A DNA stretch of 64,000 nucleotides, from NCBI RefSeq assembly GCF_000150275.1, contig NW_002060958.1:752272-816271 (forward strand). Reading direction: 5' to 3'. Within the stretch, counting starts at the first letter, position 1. Each line of letters opens with the position of its first letter. The position numbers and the translations under genes are program-made. Origin of the DNA: Trichoplax adhaerens (Eukaryota > Animalia > Placozoa). The notes beneath the pieces are model-generated. The model saw nothing but the letters and a program-made list of their open reading frames with translations. It made no database searches and was not told where the DNA came from. Below are positions 25,575 to 39,190 of the stretch, in pieces.

Positions 25575-26642
25575 ATGAATTATACAGCAACAAATTTACC
25601 TGAGATCAAGCCGTGTAATTCTTGCAACGGATCAAGTTACAACTGGACTTTAGGTGATTATCTGCATCTACCTTTATTCGTTACTGGCATCGCTGCATTA
25701 GTATGCCTAGCAAATTTGGTAGTATTACTATTGGTTCTTACTCAAAAGAAATTGAGAATTTTATCCAATGCAGTATTGTGCAGTAGTTGCTGTGGCGGAA
25801 TTATTATCGGATTATCTGTACTTTTGATTTCTTTTATAACAAATTTTGTTGCCGAGCCAAGACAATCTATAATTCTTAGCTGTACATTCGATATTCCATT
25901 CCAAACTGCAATTTTTTGCATTTTTAGCATGCACACTGCTCTCATGGCTTGCGAAAGATGCTTTTCAATAATTTATCCATTTAAATATCAACGTCTGGCT
26001 ACAAAAAGGAATTTTTTCATAATTCTTCTAATCGCTTGGATCATACCGATTGGGTTAATATATATTTTACCGTTAGTAAGTTCACAAATATATAATGGAA
26101 ATTGTACTGGATGGGTTTACATGACGAGCTTATATACATTTGTCGGATATATCATGCCAAGTCTAGTAGCTGCTATTCCTATCATTTTTACTCTAGCAGG
26201 ATATATTATTATTTTAACCAAGATCTACTCAATGCAGCGTAAAGTATTCCACCGTGTCAGTAGTGTAGATATGAATCCTTACCCAAAGTCTGTCAAATTG
26301 ATGTTAAAAAATAAGAAAGCAATTTTCCAAATGATACTTTTTCTGAGTATTTACATTGCTTTCGTACTTCCATTTTTCCTGTTTCATACGGAAATCGTGC
26401 CTTATACAGTTGAATACTATTATGATGGATATGGTATAACATATTACGTAGTAATAGCTTACTTTTTTATTTATCCAATGTTAGTAGTTTTCTTTACTGC
26501 TTCTGTTAAGGAAGAAATTACTAAGGTATGCAAGATATACTTTACTTGTGGCCATCTTCCACGTCGATTTCGTAATCGACGAAAAACTACTCAGATAAAT
26601 AGTAATATGACAAGGATGAGTCAAGAGAAAATTGAAAAGTGA
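25575..26642 (+). CDS. Intronless class A GPCR, member 4 (355 aa, Q3.32 subtype)
   Basis: 7TM; ACERCFSIIYPFKY, NCTGW, KAIFQM, IYPMLV, ASVKEEI. Confidence 0.93.
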   Translation: MNYTATNLPEIKPCNSCNGSSYNWTLGDYLHLPLFVTGIAALVCLANLVVLLLVLTQKKLRILSNAVLCSSCCGGIIIGLSVLLISFITNFVAEPRQSIILSCTFDIPFQTAIFCIFSMHTALMACERCFSIIYPFKYQRLATKRNFFIILLIAWIIPIGLIYILPLVSSQIYNGNCTGWVYMTSLYTFVGYIMPSLVAAIPIIFTLAGYIIILTKIYSMQRKVFHRVSSVDMNPYPKSVKLMLKNKKAIFQMILFLSIYIAFVLPFFLFHTEIVPYTVEYYYDGYGITYYVVIAYFFIYPMLVVFFTASVKEEITKVCKIYFTCGHLPRRFRNRRKTTQINSNMTRMSQEKIEK

Positions 26643-27278
26643 ATGGATCATTTAAAAGTCAGAAATACAGACTTTTTTTGATTCAAATGTCCTAACGCAC
26701 GCATCACTTTTACTATTATGATCATTTAATTTTCAAAGTACCAATCTAATCACACTCGAACACTTTCACTTTAATCACTGACTGTGTGGAAAATACGAAG
26801 TGAAAGTGAATCATCTGCTTCAATTTACTATCATTAATTTCTTCGATTGATGAAAGAGACTCAGTGTAAAAATTATTAGACAGGAACAACTTATTAAATT
26901 GTATTAAGGAAGAAATTAAAAACTTATTTCTTATCATTTAAATCCCCTGTTGTATCAAATATAGCGTCATGAACCACAAACCTAATTAAGGAAGCTTGGA
27001 CGTACGTTTCCTTCATTGAAACAAACAAAAAATAAAATCATTAAGTCAAGGCCTATTTATGCTATGTTAAAGCTCATATATAAAGCCGTATTTGCTTTAA
27101 TTAAATATTATGGGACTTATAACTCATGAACTTCGTGTAATTTTCATTAATTTCCATCATGATATTGTTACCATTATAAATCCAAATTTGCTACCACAGT
27201 TCAAGTTGGGATATACGACTTGAGTATCAAATAAAGTAGAATAATTATAATTATTAACATCAGAATCTTATGATACGG

Positions 27279-27744
27279 TGCGATAAAGTTTATTCACAAA
27301 AATTCCAAAGTTGTAGAAAATCAAAACTTGATTAGATCTAACATAAAGACTAGCTACATACAGCTCTACGCTAGCCGAATACAACTAATGAAAGACTTCT
27401 AGAAAGAACAATCAGATAATCTAATGTCTCTTGCTTTTATACTCTCCGTTGCCTTCGCAGCTACAATCAGCATTTATTTTTGGTAATCATTATTTCTACC
27501 ACTCAAAGCACAATGTACTAAGCTTATCTTGATATATGATGTACAATTCTATCTCTACCTCTTACCTTAATAGTAGCTTAATACCTTACTGCATATACTC
27601 ATCTGTACTCTAGCATAGAGTCTATCCTTACAGTCTATAATTAAGGGCTACTAAATATATCGTAAGATAACTATAGAAAGACACTACCATACATCATACT
27701 AAACATGGCTAATAGTCTACAATCAAACACTAAGTTGCTTTACA
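27279..27744 (-). mobile_element. Solo-LTR-like element, family E (internal deletion)
   Basis: TG...TTACA; aligns to 58678-59227. Confidence 0.78.
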
Positions 27745-28066
27745 AACGATAAGGCTAAAAATTTCAAAATTTTTAATTGCCAATAGCGATTAGATTTGGC
27801 AATAATACTCACTGATTGTACAGCACTGAACAAGAAAGAGTAAGGTACCTACATGAAATTTATGATATTTCTTCTGAAGGTATGATAAATCTACTCCTAA
27901 AGTAAATATTTACGCTTGGTTTACTTTTAAGTACCTGCAACATAACCACAGTATCACATGATATCATTCCTATATTTCCATTCTTCGTGTGGATTAGTCA
28001 ATTTAATACTTGGAATAATTTTAATATTTCATTTTGAATCAGCTTTAATGATTCATCTTCAAATAT

Positions 28067-28437
28067 TATAAATGATAGTACAATTAGAAAATTTAGGAGA
28101 GAGAGTGGAAGAAGATTCTTTTGAAGAACTTGTTGAATTTAAAAGGCCTTCGGGGTCGAATTGTCATAAGTTAAAACGTTCTTCTTTTTGAAAGGTTGTT
28201 TGGTCGTTGACAGTTTCTATGTCTGTCACTTATTTTATTAATACTTAAAGGTAAGTATTTGTAAGGTAGTTTGGTTTATACTTCTCCCCATTTTTTTGTA
28301 ATTAATTGTTGTTCGATTATTTCCCCAAATTTTATTTGGTGTCAAAGCTTCGTTAAGTCGACCGGAGTGCAACGAAAGTAGAATCAAAGTTTATTAAAGT
28401 TTTGTAGCTTGATCTCTACACTTTTCATTTCATTACA
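28067..28437 (+). mobile_element. Truncated family-C element abutting the GPCR fragment
   Basis: Reverse complement of ~40606-40984; ends TTCATTACA. Confidence 0.85.
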
Positions 28438-28439
28438 CA

Positions 28440-28826
28440 ACATATGCTACAATCAAATGGAAAGTTTACACTATGCAGCGTAAAATTCGATCGGAAACAA
28501 ATGATAGACTGAATTACAACCATTTTATAGTGCTTGCTGTAATGCTACAACATAAAAAAGCTATATACCAAATGTTGTTACTATTAACAGTGTATGCGCT
28601 CTGCTTTTTCCCTTTCTTTATTTTGACTAGAATCCTACAAGATAACTGGAGAAACATTTATTTAATTGAAGTAGCAACAACTTCTTTCCATGCCTTATCT
28701 ATTTATCTATCACTTCATCCTGTATTGGTTATTTATTTCAATGCTCTTATTAAAAACTATGTTTAGACGATACTGCAACAATTTCGTTTAACATTGCGGT
28801 GTAGAACAATAACGAGACTATACTAG
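28440..28826 (+). pseudogene. 3' fragment (TM5 end to TM7/H8) of the cluster GPCR family, member 5
   Basis: TYATIKWKVYTMQRKI...KKAIYQM...FFPF...LHPVLVIYFNALIK. Begins 2 bp after a truncated family-C element; TM1-TM4 absent; in-frame stop at 28764-28766. Confidence 0.85.
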
Positions 28827-29646
28827 TATTTTTTCGTCCAATAAATTTAAATGGTCTGTTCCGAATTATCATATCAATTTAAGTGATCCAGTGCACACAA
28901 CATGATTGCCCGTAGCGAAGTACAAAATCGCAAGGCAAGCTTAAACGTAATAAACTAGGAAGTAAGGAAACGATTAGCTTTCCGATCTAGTGAAACTTTC
29001 CAAAAAAATAAATTCTTTTTGGTATTTGTGTTGACTACGATATGAGAACAAGGATGTTATATATCACGATGTTAGATAAGATGCACGCATTCATACCGGT
29101 GAAGTGGTTTATAAGTAAATGTTTGTATTTCTTCCAGGATTCACACAAAATAAAGCAAAAATAAAATCGATTTTATCCACGGTAAGAAAAGGTCTGAACT
29201 ATATCTGTTGTAGGCTCAGCACAACTTTAGCACGCTTCCGTAACAATCCAATTTGAGTAACAATAAACTTAGAGTATGTCGCATTAATCATTGCTTACTT
29301 GAAGTACTACTAGTAATACTTCTGCAAACACTAATGCATTGAAAGGACACTGCAGTTTGATAACCATAATCAACTTAATAGATTAGAAGCGTAGAAGATC
29401 TTAAGTTATTAATTTGCGTTTATATTCTATTAAGGTTAATCTTAACAGCTGCTTGGTTTTTCTTCAATATTTCAATTAATTGCTATCAAGTAAATATTTC
29501 ACATTTGTCTCCTAAACTTTCAGTTGTACTCTATTTGGAAGTGATAATTTCACTTTTTTCGTTTGAGTACCGAAATTACTTGTTTTTTTCCTGTATAACT
29601 ACTGATCATAGGCGTGCAGCACTTCAGGTTAATTAAAATTAACGAT

Positions 29647-30269
29647 TGTCACGAACTAGGAATAGCCTTAGCTTGCAACAAGGATTGAGAGAGTAATTTC
29701 TGTCCTATAACACTGTTATTCGGAAAACCAGACAATTTGTATTATCAGGCAGATAGAGTTTAACACTGCGAAACCTTCAAAACTTACTAGAAAATCACAA
29801 TCTAGTTTTCTGTCAGCCAACTCGCCGTTTTTATAGGTTTTGGTACCTGAAACCGGTTTAACTACACAAGTCACTTCGACTATTAGAAATTAACCAAATT
29901 AATACCCTAAATGAATTCTATCGATACAGATTAGATACGGTCTAATCCTACTAAATTTACTAAGACAGTATTACGATAATCATTGCTTATTAATAGTATA
30001 ACAGGTACATATAAAACTATCCTACTAAGGCATCTCCCTTAAACTTAGGAATTGCACTTTGAACCTTGACAACTTTGGAGGTGATAGATACAATCCAGTT
30101 TAGCTGGTTGGCAATTACTATTTTAGTTTATGTAATCCTAAATTAAGGATACCAACTGTTAAACTCTAAAATTATAATTAAGGAGACCGTGAAACATTTT
30201 TGAGATATAAATATATATAGAATATAATATAGAAATAAAGTTCACGTCACGAAGATTACTTTTGTGACA
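29647..30269 (-). mobile_element. Solo-LTR-like element, family D
   Basis: TGTCACG...GTGACA; homologous to 1324-1954; flanks ACGAT/GTAAT do not match. Confidence 0.78.
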
Positions 30270-30402
30270 GTAATGAATGTTATTTTAGAGGAAAAATGAT
30301 TAGAATATGAGAATAGCAGTCTAGAATATATTTAACACTTTCTCAGATCTTTAGAGTTTTATCCATTTACGTCGTATCAAATAGAGATTTTAAATGATTT
30401 AT

Positions 30403-30843
30403 TGTCACAAACCAGCTTCGTGACAAGGACAACGTAAAACAAATCTCTAAATTACTATAGTTTCCGGGATTCAGTATCCCTTAACTACCTCACAAGAATT
30501 TAGACGCCTTTGATTCTACGTTAAAACAACTATACAATTGAGAACTGCTTTATTCAACTATCTGACGGGCTTATATACCCTTCTACAGCAGCTAACATTC
30601 ACAAGTCATCTTATAAAAATACTTAGGTGAGAACATCTACTAACTAATTTTTCACAGTCGGACTACAATATGTCCATTCACAGAATCATTTCAGAGCACA
30701 TTACAGCACAGCATTAAATTTACTGTAACACATTTATAATTAGAGTAATTCCTATTGTAAGTAACTAGTTGTAATATAATATCACTATATTATATTCACC
30801 AAATTTAGATATCTATTTCTTCACGGTAGTTCGTACCGTGACA
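30403..30843 (-). mobile_element. Solo-LTR-like element, family A (young, 441 bp)
   Basis: TGTCAC...GTGACA; TSD TTTAT. Confidence 0.92.
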
Positions 30844-31654
30844 TTTATATATAACAAATTGTTTAAAGTTACCATAACAAAAGAAAGTAAATTTCAAATC
30901 TTGATATTCTGGTAACACAATGGTAAAGCAATATAGCTTAAAATATTCGGAAACAAAAATTCATTACCGAAATGGTATTCAAATAGAAGAATCCGATGCG
31001 ATGTTTTAGTAGCTTCAGATAATTTGCTTAAACTTTTTTTCTGAAGAGAAGCAGAAAAGCTTCGTGACTCTACAATTGATAGATATATGACTATGATATA
31101 GTATTTTTTATAGCCCTAAAATTGGCGGTAGAAAAATTATATCGTATTATTTGCCTTCGTAGATAGTCATTTGAGTAACTTAAAAAAGTGCCAGGTAATC
31201 AAAATGAAGTATGCTTCAAATATCGTAATTAAAGGAAATCACAGTAAATTCAACATCTTACCAAAATTTGTTTTAAAAGTCAGTAGTAACGACTGTTTTC
31301 CTTCATTTCCGAATTAAATAATTTACCTAAATAATAAATAATAAAGCAAATGAGCACAAAAGACTTTTCAATACCCTAATTTTCTCATTATACTCAAAGG
31401 CGCCATTAATTGAAAGAAGTCAAGAATGTTAAATCAATAAATTAAATATCTCTAGGAGACTAATTTTAAAAGAATAATAAGTAATATCAGACCTTGTTAC
31501 TGATCAGGAGACATTTTATTGCGCCTCAATAAATTAATAGACTACTACATATTACGATTAGAGCACTGATTTATGATTTCAATTAGATATTATAAAACTC
31601 AGCTACCATATCTTTCCGATTATTGACAACGTATAACCGATATACGTGTATAAT

Positions 31655-32149
31655 TGTCTTTGCGACAAGGTTCACGTAAAAAATCCATAAACGTCTTAAG
31701 GTTTCGGGATTCAGTAGCCCTTAACTACATACAAGAATTTAGACACCTTTTATTTCAGCATTATACAAACTAGTGAAGTGATTTTATTCAATGATCTGTC
31801 GAGCATAAATACCTTTTCGTAGTGGATAACATCGATGAATCATCTTATAACAATAATTATCAATTTGAACATTTACTGACCCATTTCACATAATCGAACT
31901 ATAGTATTTCTATTCATTGAGCTATTTTGATACACCTGCAATCTAGTTTTAGTCATAGTGACAGTTATTAGATCTTCTATTATAATCAATTACTACACAA
32001 GAATTGTATTGCAGTACAAAACCTAACTTAGTGTAGCACATTATAACTTCAGTGATTCCTACTGTAAGCGACTAATTGCAGTCATCATATATAAATATCG
32101 ATTCGTCAAATTCAGTCTTCACTTCTTCACTGTAGTTCATACCGCGACA
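31655..32149 (-). mobile_element. Solo-LTR-like element, family A (older)
   Basis: TGTC...GCGACA; TSD ATAAT; aligns to 7516-8022. Confidence 0.85.
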
Positions 32150-33191
32150 ATAATATTTGCACAAACCTCAATAAAAATAACAGAAAATTCGTGAATTATA
32201 ACTGCGTGCTGCAGTATTCACGGTCTCTCTTTAAACGTTACGGTAATTAAGATTCTAGATATAATTTAGATCATTCGTTTACTTGATAAAAGCATCTTCT
32301 TACATGGCCTCCTTTTACTCGGTACTGCATACCAGTTACGAATATTAGTCAACAGGAAATCAAGGTAAAGGTTTCAGTAAATTTCTTAAGATTATGCCAA
32401 ATAATTTTGTATAAAGTAGCCTATTTTTCTTTTAAGATATATACATATACAACTTTCACATCAACTTCCAAAATTTCATATTTGTTGCTAAAATTTAAAG
32501 TCAATAAAATTAATTTGACCAATGATAATTGCAAAATTTCACAATTCAAGGGAGAACATCATAATTTATCGTATATGTTAGAATATTTTCTAATTTTAAT
32601 ATCAATACATTATCATCAAATCTACAAAAGCAGGACAATAAATTCGTAGTTTTACAAAGGTATCTCCTTAATTTTATCTATTATTGAACTTGCTGGAAAT
32701 TCTTACCGTTCATTTCGATTGAGTATCTTCGCTTATCAGAATTATCGGTATACATTTATACTGCATAGATTTAATAATCATGCATTAAAAAGCGGATTCT
32801 TTCGTTCATAGTTCAGGATATAAGCAGCTAGTTGCTTAGTAATTATTATTGAATATTACAGTTGTATCTAATAACATTCGACTCTCCTAATGTCTACAAG
32901 TAATGTATTTGTGTTACGATTTAAATATAGTAAAGATAAAAATTGATGTTATTTACTTGAGTATTTATTAACAAATTTTAATGGAAAATTATTGGGATTA
33001 TGTATACTTGTAACACTGCTAATGGAAAAACGATTGAATTGTCAGTTGTAGGAAACTGTTTATAAGGAAAGTAATTAGTTAGAAACATATCGTTAATGGA
33101 AAGTTAGAGTGATATAATTAAAAAATGGCTGTTTTCTTACAGTATTACTGGTCACAATCACAATTGTAACACTAAAAGTTTTCTTAGACAA

Positions 33192-33721
33192 TGTTGCAAC
33201 TTAACTCTACGACAGAGAAATATACCATAAAATTCTGTAACTGTAAGCAATTGTAGACTTAAACGCTCTTTCACTAAACGTTCACGCAACAAGTACAGTA
33301 AAGATGGAACTTTTATTAGCATAGAAACACCTACAACTTTTCATAACTAATTCTTACTCGAAATGCCCCGGTTTAAATAGGAACCGTCTAACTTATAAAC
33401 AACACTAATATTATTATTATACCTTAATAGGAAAGACGCCTCGAACTGAAATGTTCGTTACATAACTTTTCTATCAGTAGATATTACTAACCTATTACTC
33501 AAACATAATCTTAATCTAAGCATGATTGTTATCTAATTTAACTGACATAAACTAGAGTTAATAAGTCTTACTACTACTTATGCACCCAATAATAATCAAT
33601 AACAAAATGAAATTAACTATCATAAATAGTGTCCGCATTAAGGCATTACTTATCTTATCTAGAATTACAATTACTAATATTTCAATATTGGCTACTATCT
33701 TACTATTAAGCTATTCTAACA
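33192..33721 (-). mobile_element. Repeat family F (LTR-like; right end approximate)
   Basis: Colinear with 46275-46812 (ATGGAACTTTTATT, TACTCGAAATG, TTAAGGCATTACTT, CTATTCTAAC). Confidence 0.7.
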
Positions 33722-34546
33722 GTAAATGTCCTGGCTTACTATGTAAAGTTTCACTGCTCTTCTACCAATATTGTGTAGCTACGGTGTCTATAAACAATAA
33801 CCGTAAGGTTGGACACTGCTACGTGACTAACTTTGCTTAACTTTATGGATAATTACCTAATCGTTTAGCGTAGCAAAATCTATAAGAAAGCTATTATAGA
33901 AAATACTTAAAAAGAAATAATAATTTCTTTCCTTGCGCCTATTTACAATATGCTCGCACAGTTTCTGGAATTTGTGAATAGATTACATTAAAATACCTGC
34001 AATATCAATTATCACAATATTTTAACGTGAAATTTCCTTTATTACTAAAATTTAATGCAAGATATCAAATATCGTAACATTTTAACATAAAAACAACCAT
34101 TGTTATTATATTTTAATGCAAAATACCGATTATATCCATACTTTAATATGAAATATCTACTTTCACTATATTTTAATGTAATCTAATTCTATTTCCTCAT
34201 CATAGTAGGTATCATGTCGTAACAGTCCGAGATAGCATGACTGAATGTTTATTGTTGAATTGAATAACACGTGAAACAAATTAACAAGATTTTATCTCAT
34301 AAAAATTTACGTTAAACTTACCTTCTAATGGCTATACATTTTCAATACATTTTGATTATTCTTTATGTACGGGTTAAGCTTGTTAAAAGTATTAAAGAGC
34401 TTGATAAATATGATTATCTAGTTAGAGATTAGGTTGATAAAGCTTTAGTAAAAAAATTCTTTTATTTCAATGAAAGATTTTTTATCTAATTGAAACGATT
34501 CTTGAGTATTAAGTGACTAAGGTACTTTGATTGGATTTTAGACCAT

Positions 34547-35027
34547 TTTCATACACCAGCTTTGCGATAAGGTTTACGTAAAAAAAATCTGTAAATTTCT
34601 AAAGTTTTCGCGAATCAGCATCCCTTAACTACTTATTAAAACTAAGATACCTTTTACTTACAATTAGAGAACTGATTTTATTTGATGATCTAGAGAACAT
34701 AAATATCTTTCTGTAGTGGCTAACATTGATGAATCATCTTACAACAATAATTATCGACTCAATTTACATAATCTAACTATGGTATGTCCATTCATAGACT
34801 TATTTTAATGTACTTGGAATGTAGTAAGAATCATAATTAAAGTGACAAGAGTTTATTCTGCATTCAATTACTACGTAAGAATTGTATTGCAATATAAAAT
34901 CTAATTTACTATAAAACATTTAACTTCAGTGATTCCTACATTAAGCAACTAATTATAATCTCCATATATAAATATCAAGTCGATAAATTGAGTCATTTAC
35001 TACGCTATGGTAGTTTATACCGTAACA
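34547..35027 (-). mobile_element. Solo-LTR-like element, family A (older)
   Basis: Aligns to 7516-8022 and 31655-32149; TSD ACCAT/ACCAC. Confidence 0.82.
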
Positions 35028-35984
35028 ACCACGTAAATGAAATATCTAAGAAGAGATACCAATTCATTGCCCTAGTCACTTTAGGTAATAAAACAGGAAA
35101 AATTACCTAGTTGAAGTTGATATTGACTTCTTATCAACAGATAAAATATAGCGAAAATCAATTCCCTCTCTCTGAACGCTATCTAGCCAGCAGAAATACC
35201 AAATCATATTAATATTACGAAAATTATATATTTTTTTATTCACTGAGGAAGTCCAGGTGAGAATATGTTAAGGCGGACGTTCTAACTATTCCTTATTTAT
35301 TTAATATTTTATCCGTGTGTACTCGTTGTTTGACGGTACTGATCCTGAATAATAAGATTAACTAAGAATTATTCTATCACAAAGTAATTTAAACTACGCT
35401 TATTGCAGGTATTCTTAGTCTACTAAGGATTAGATTATATACTATAATCCGCTAGCGCATTCTAATTCTTTCTTAAGTTTAGATTCTTTTATTATAATTT
35501 GTGACAAATACCTAGATATCTTTATCAGTTTTTGCTAACAGAATCTTTCTACTTTTGAACTTATGCAAGGGAGAGAAATCTAATGCAGGTTTTTGAAAAG
35601 TCAAAGAATTGCCAAAATATCAGTTGTAATCAATAATACGTATTTTGGTCGGATTTTCATTCAAAGAGAAGAAGGTTTAAGGCCTTGAAGATATACAATA
35701 CTGACGAAGCATACCTATAATACATAATTTTTTAATAAGTGCAAGAGAATTTTTCTAAAGCATTATCTTTCGAGAGAAGTATATTTTAAACAATTATCCT
35801 TAATCTTTCCACTTTTTCATTAATTTATTAAACATATAAGCAAAAAAGTTCCACATTCTTATAAATTTCGTCCTTACGTTACTTAAGCTTAAGGCATTTC
35901 TAGTAAATATTTCTAGATTGGGTAGTAATTTAAGCCAAGTTTAAATTTTAGTAACACCTTACAAAAGTTATAAAATAGTGCGTT

Positions 35985-37008
35985 ATGAATTCCAGAAATA
36001 CAACGAATGATACAAGGATAAATGTGTTCATAGTGGATCAATATAATATCGCTATAATAAGCTGTTTCCTTTCTCTAATAATAAACATTGCGACGTTATC
36101 TTTAATAATCGGCAAAGCAAGATTACGAAATGTTTCCAACGCAATAATTTGTAGCAGTTGCTTCTGTTGCTTATTTTATGCAATCATTGTGATAAGTAGC
36201 TTTATCATAAGGAGATCGACAAACATTTCTGTTATAAAAGATATTGCTTCAATGTGCCTTCGGTCCCGTAACTGAAGTCACTTGTGCTTGCATAGTAAAC
36301 TTTCATGTAACAGTGATAAGTTCTGAAAGATGTTGCAAAATTATTTATCCCTTCAAATATAAAAGACTAGCTACTACAAGGAATGTGAGTTTTATTATAA
36401 TCCTGATTTGGCTTCTTCCAATTTTATTACTGTATATCTTAAATATCATCGTTTCCATTTCTCGACATGGTAGTTGCACAGTCTGGCATGAAATTGTTGG
36501 AATTGATAATTTTCTGGATCATATTATATTACCTATAATATTATTCATACCTCCCGTAATTGTATTAATCACATATCTTATAATTATTTATAAATTAACC
36601 AAGATGCAACATAAAATTGGCTTAGAAATACCAACAACTGGAAATCGACCGACAAAATCATCATTAATTTTACAAAACAAGAAAGCCTTACTCCAAATGG
36701 TTTTAGTCTTAACTGTTTACATGTTGGCCGTATGTCCATTCTTTATCATCCACATCGCATTTAGGGCCAATAATGATAAAGAAAATATTTTATACCGTAA
36801 TATTGCCTATCTAAATGCAATGTGTTATCTTTGTTATCATCCGATCTTTATCATTTGCTTCACTGTACCAATAAAAAATGAAGCTAAGAAAATCGTCACT
36901 GAATACTGTAATAGCAAGAATTTTTGTTGCCTATTCCAGTGCTACAGTAAAAATAAAGATCTTTCGAGACCTCATTTACGTACAACTACTTCGAATAGAA
37001 GTAAATGA
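35985..37008 (+). pseudogene. Class A GPCR member 6 with a single frameshift (recent pseudogene, null allele or assembly error; E3.32 subtype)
   Basis: ORFs 35985-36275 and 36244-37008 fuse into a full 7TM protein if one AT unit is restored near 36243 (KD-I-LLQC, cf. member 1 KDIILYC); no other lesion seen. Confidence 0.88.
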
Positions 37009-37389
37009 AATCGCGATAACGCAAATCTTCCAATAACTGTCGAAACATATTTAAGAACGAAAAAGCAAGAATTATGATAGATGTAATATAAATATCAGTG
37101 CTTATTCAATCCATGAGCATCTATCAGCAGCTAAATGATTTCAGATTCTATCTTATTGTAAGGATACAGAAACATTTATTTTATTTCGTTACCTATTATC
37201 ACACATTACCATGTACTTTTACCATTTCAAGCATGTATGATATGTAACGATAAACGTAATCACGAATTACTACAAAGTCATTTCAGATAATACTAGCTCT
37301 TAGCAAGCAGTAATATATTGATTTCATTTCCAATTTCATCGAATGTATTTCGAATATAACATTATGCTAGCAAAACCGAATTTATTTCT

Positions 37390-38200
37390 ACATATTTTTG
37401 CGAAATTTATAAAGGGTAAAAGATTCACGTTTTACCGTACTTCGTCTTTAGAATGATCAGATTCTTTGGATTGGTAATTTGCTTACTAAATATGTATGTT
37501 CTTTGAAAATTTATTGATTTGCAGCCTGCAAATTTTGTACTGATCAAAGGTATCCATGGTATTAATTTAAATTTATCGATATTGTGCAATTAGTAAGATA
37601 AAATGATTGCTAATTACTCTCCTTAAAACTTTTAAATTTTATATTAATTATCTGATGTAAAGATAGTGAACATTCAGATTAAACATATAGTATACTTTAG
37701 GAATTATTGCGTTTGATATCTTTAGCCGGTATTTCATGCAAAAGGTGTTAAATTAATTCCGAATGTTCTAACTTTCATAAAAATGGCAAAGCATAATAAC
37801 ACCCTTCCATTTTTGCATTCATAAAATCTGATAACATATCAAAATGGTGATCTTAACATTGCAAAACTTTGCATATTTAATTAAAGATAAAGTACTTCAA
37901 TGCCATATCAATTAGCTAGACCATATGGTAAGCAAATTTTATTGTTAATTATAAAGATTAATATCTTCGATGATAATACTGTATACATGGTATCTGTACA
38001 GCGAACTACGGTTACAGTAGTTGAGTGAATCTAATGGATTTGTTAAACATTGTGAGAATGTACTACTGTTAATCAATATGTTAGCAGCAATCTACCGCTA
38101 GATGTATGATATAGGTCAATGTTGCTTAAATTAGACAATATACAGCACGAGTATTTTAGGAGAAGCTAATTGTATAATCAGCTACCTGGAAATCTAATGA
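37390..38200 (-). pseudogene. Fossil class A GPCR remnant
   Basis: ILSNLSNIDL (38112-38141), SLYRY (37990-38004), TIW, YYALP (37784-37798), WIPL (37545-37556), PFIN. Confidence 0.58.
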
Positions 38201-38446
38201 AATTCGATGTAACAACTATAAAATGGAAACTGTTTTTAATTCGTGGTTACATAGTATGTTTTTTATACCAGACTAGCACCTAAAGTATTTCATCTTGCTT
38301 AGAATATGAAAAAACAAGATGCAATCTAATAGCAAAAAATTTAAAATCAATATTCACAATTATAACGTAGCCGTAATTTTAAGTACGTAATGTAGCTGTA
38401 AGTTTTGAACGTGTAATAGTAATATGAATGAAGTTACAACATAACG

Positions 38447-38496
38447 NNNNNNNNNNNNNNNNNNNNNNNNNNNNNNNNNNNNNNNNNNNNNNNNNN
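38447..38496. other. Assembly gap (50 N)
   Basis: Run of N. Confidence 1.
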
Positions 38497-38748
38497 GAAC
38501 TTTAACTATTATAAAAAATAGTATACTTATACAACTTTTATCACGCCTATATTTTGTTTAATTCCTTTCCCAAGAATATAGGAATACTTGTGTCTCCTAT
38601 ACCATCGAATTCGTAATAAAGTAATGTCTTAAAAAACTGTTAAACCAGGCGGCAAATTTTGTTCTAAATACGAAATTAATTAAATTCAGATAAGACTCTA
38701 AAATTATTAATCAAAAAATTTTATATTCTGTACTACATCATATCATAT

Positions 38749-39190
38749 TGTCACTGTACGAACTACCATGAAGAAATAGATATCTAAATTTGGTGAATAT
38801 AATATAGAGATAATATATTACAACTATTTACTTACAATAGGAATTACTCTAATTATAAATGTGTTACAGCAAATTTAATGCTGTGCTGTAATAAGCACTG
38901 AAATGATTCTGTGAATGGACATATTGTAGTCCGACTGTGAAAAATTAGTTAGTAGATGTTCTCATCTCAGTACTTTTATAAGATAACTCGTGAATGTTAG
39001 CTGCTGTAGAAGGGTATATAAGCCTGTCAGATATTTGAATAAAGCAGTTCTCAATTGTCTAGTTGAGTTTAACGTAGAATCAAAGGCGTTTAGATTCTTG
39101 TGAGGTAGTTAAGGGATACTAAATCCCGGAGACTATAGAGATTTAGAGATTTGTTTTACGTTATCCTTGTCACGAAGCTGGTTTGTGACA
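38749..39190 (+). mobile_element. Solo-LTR-like element, family A (young, 442 bp)
   Basis: TGTCAC...GTGACA; TSD CATAT; GGGTATATAAG followed by AATAAA. Confidence 0.92.
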
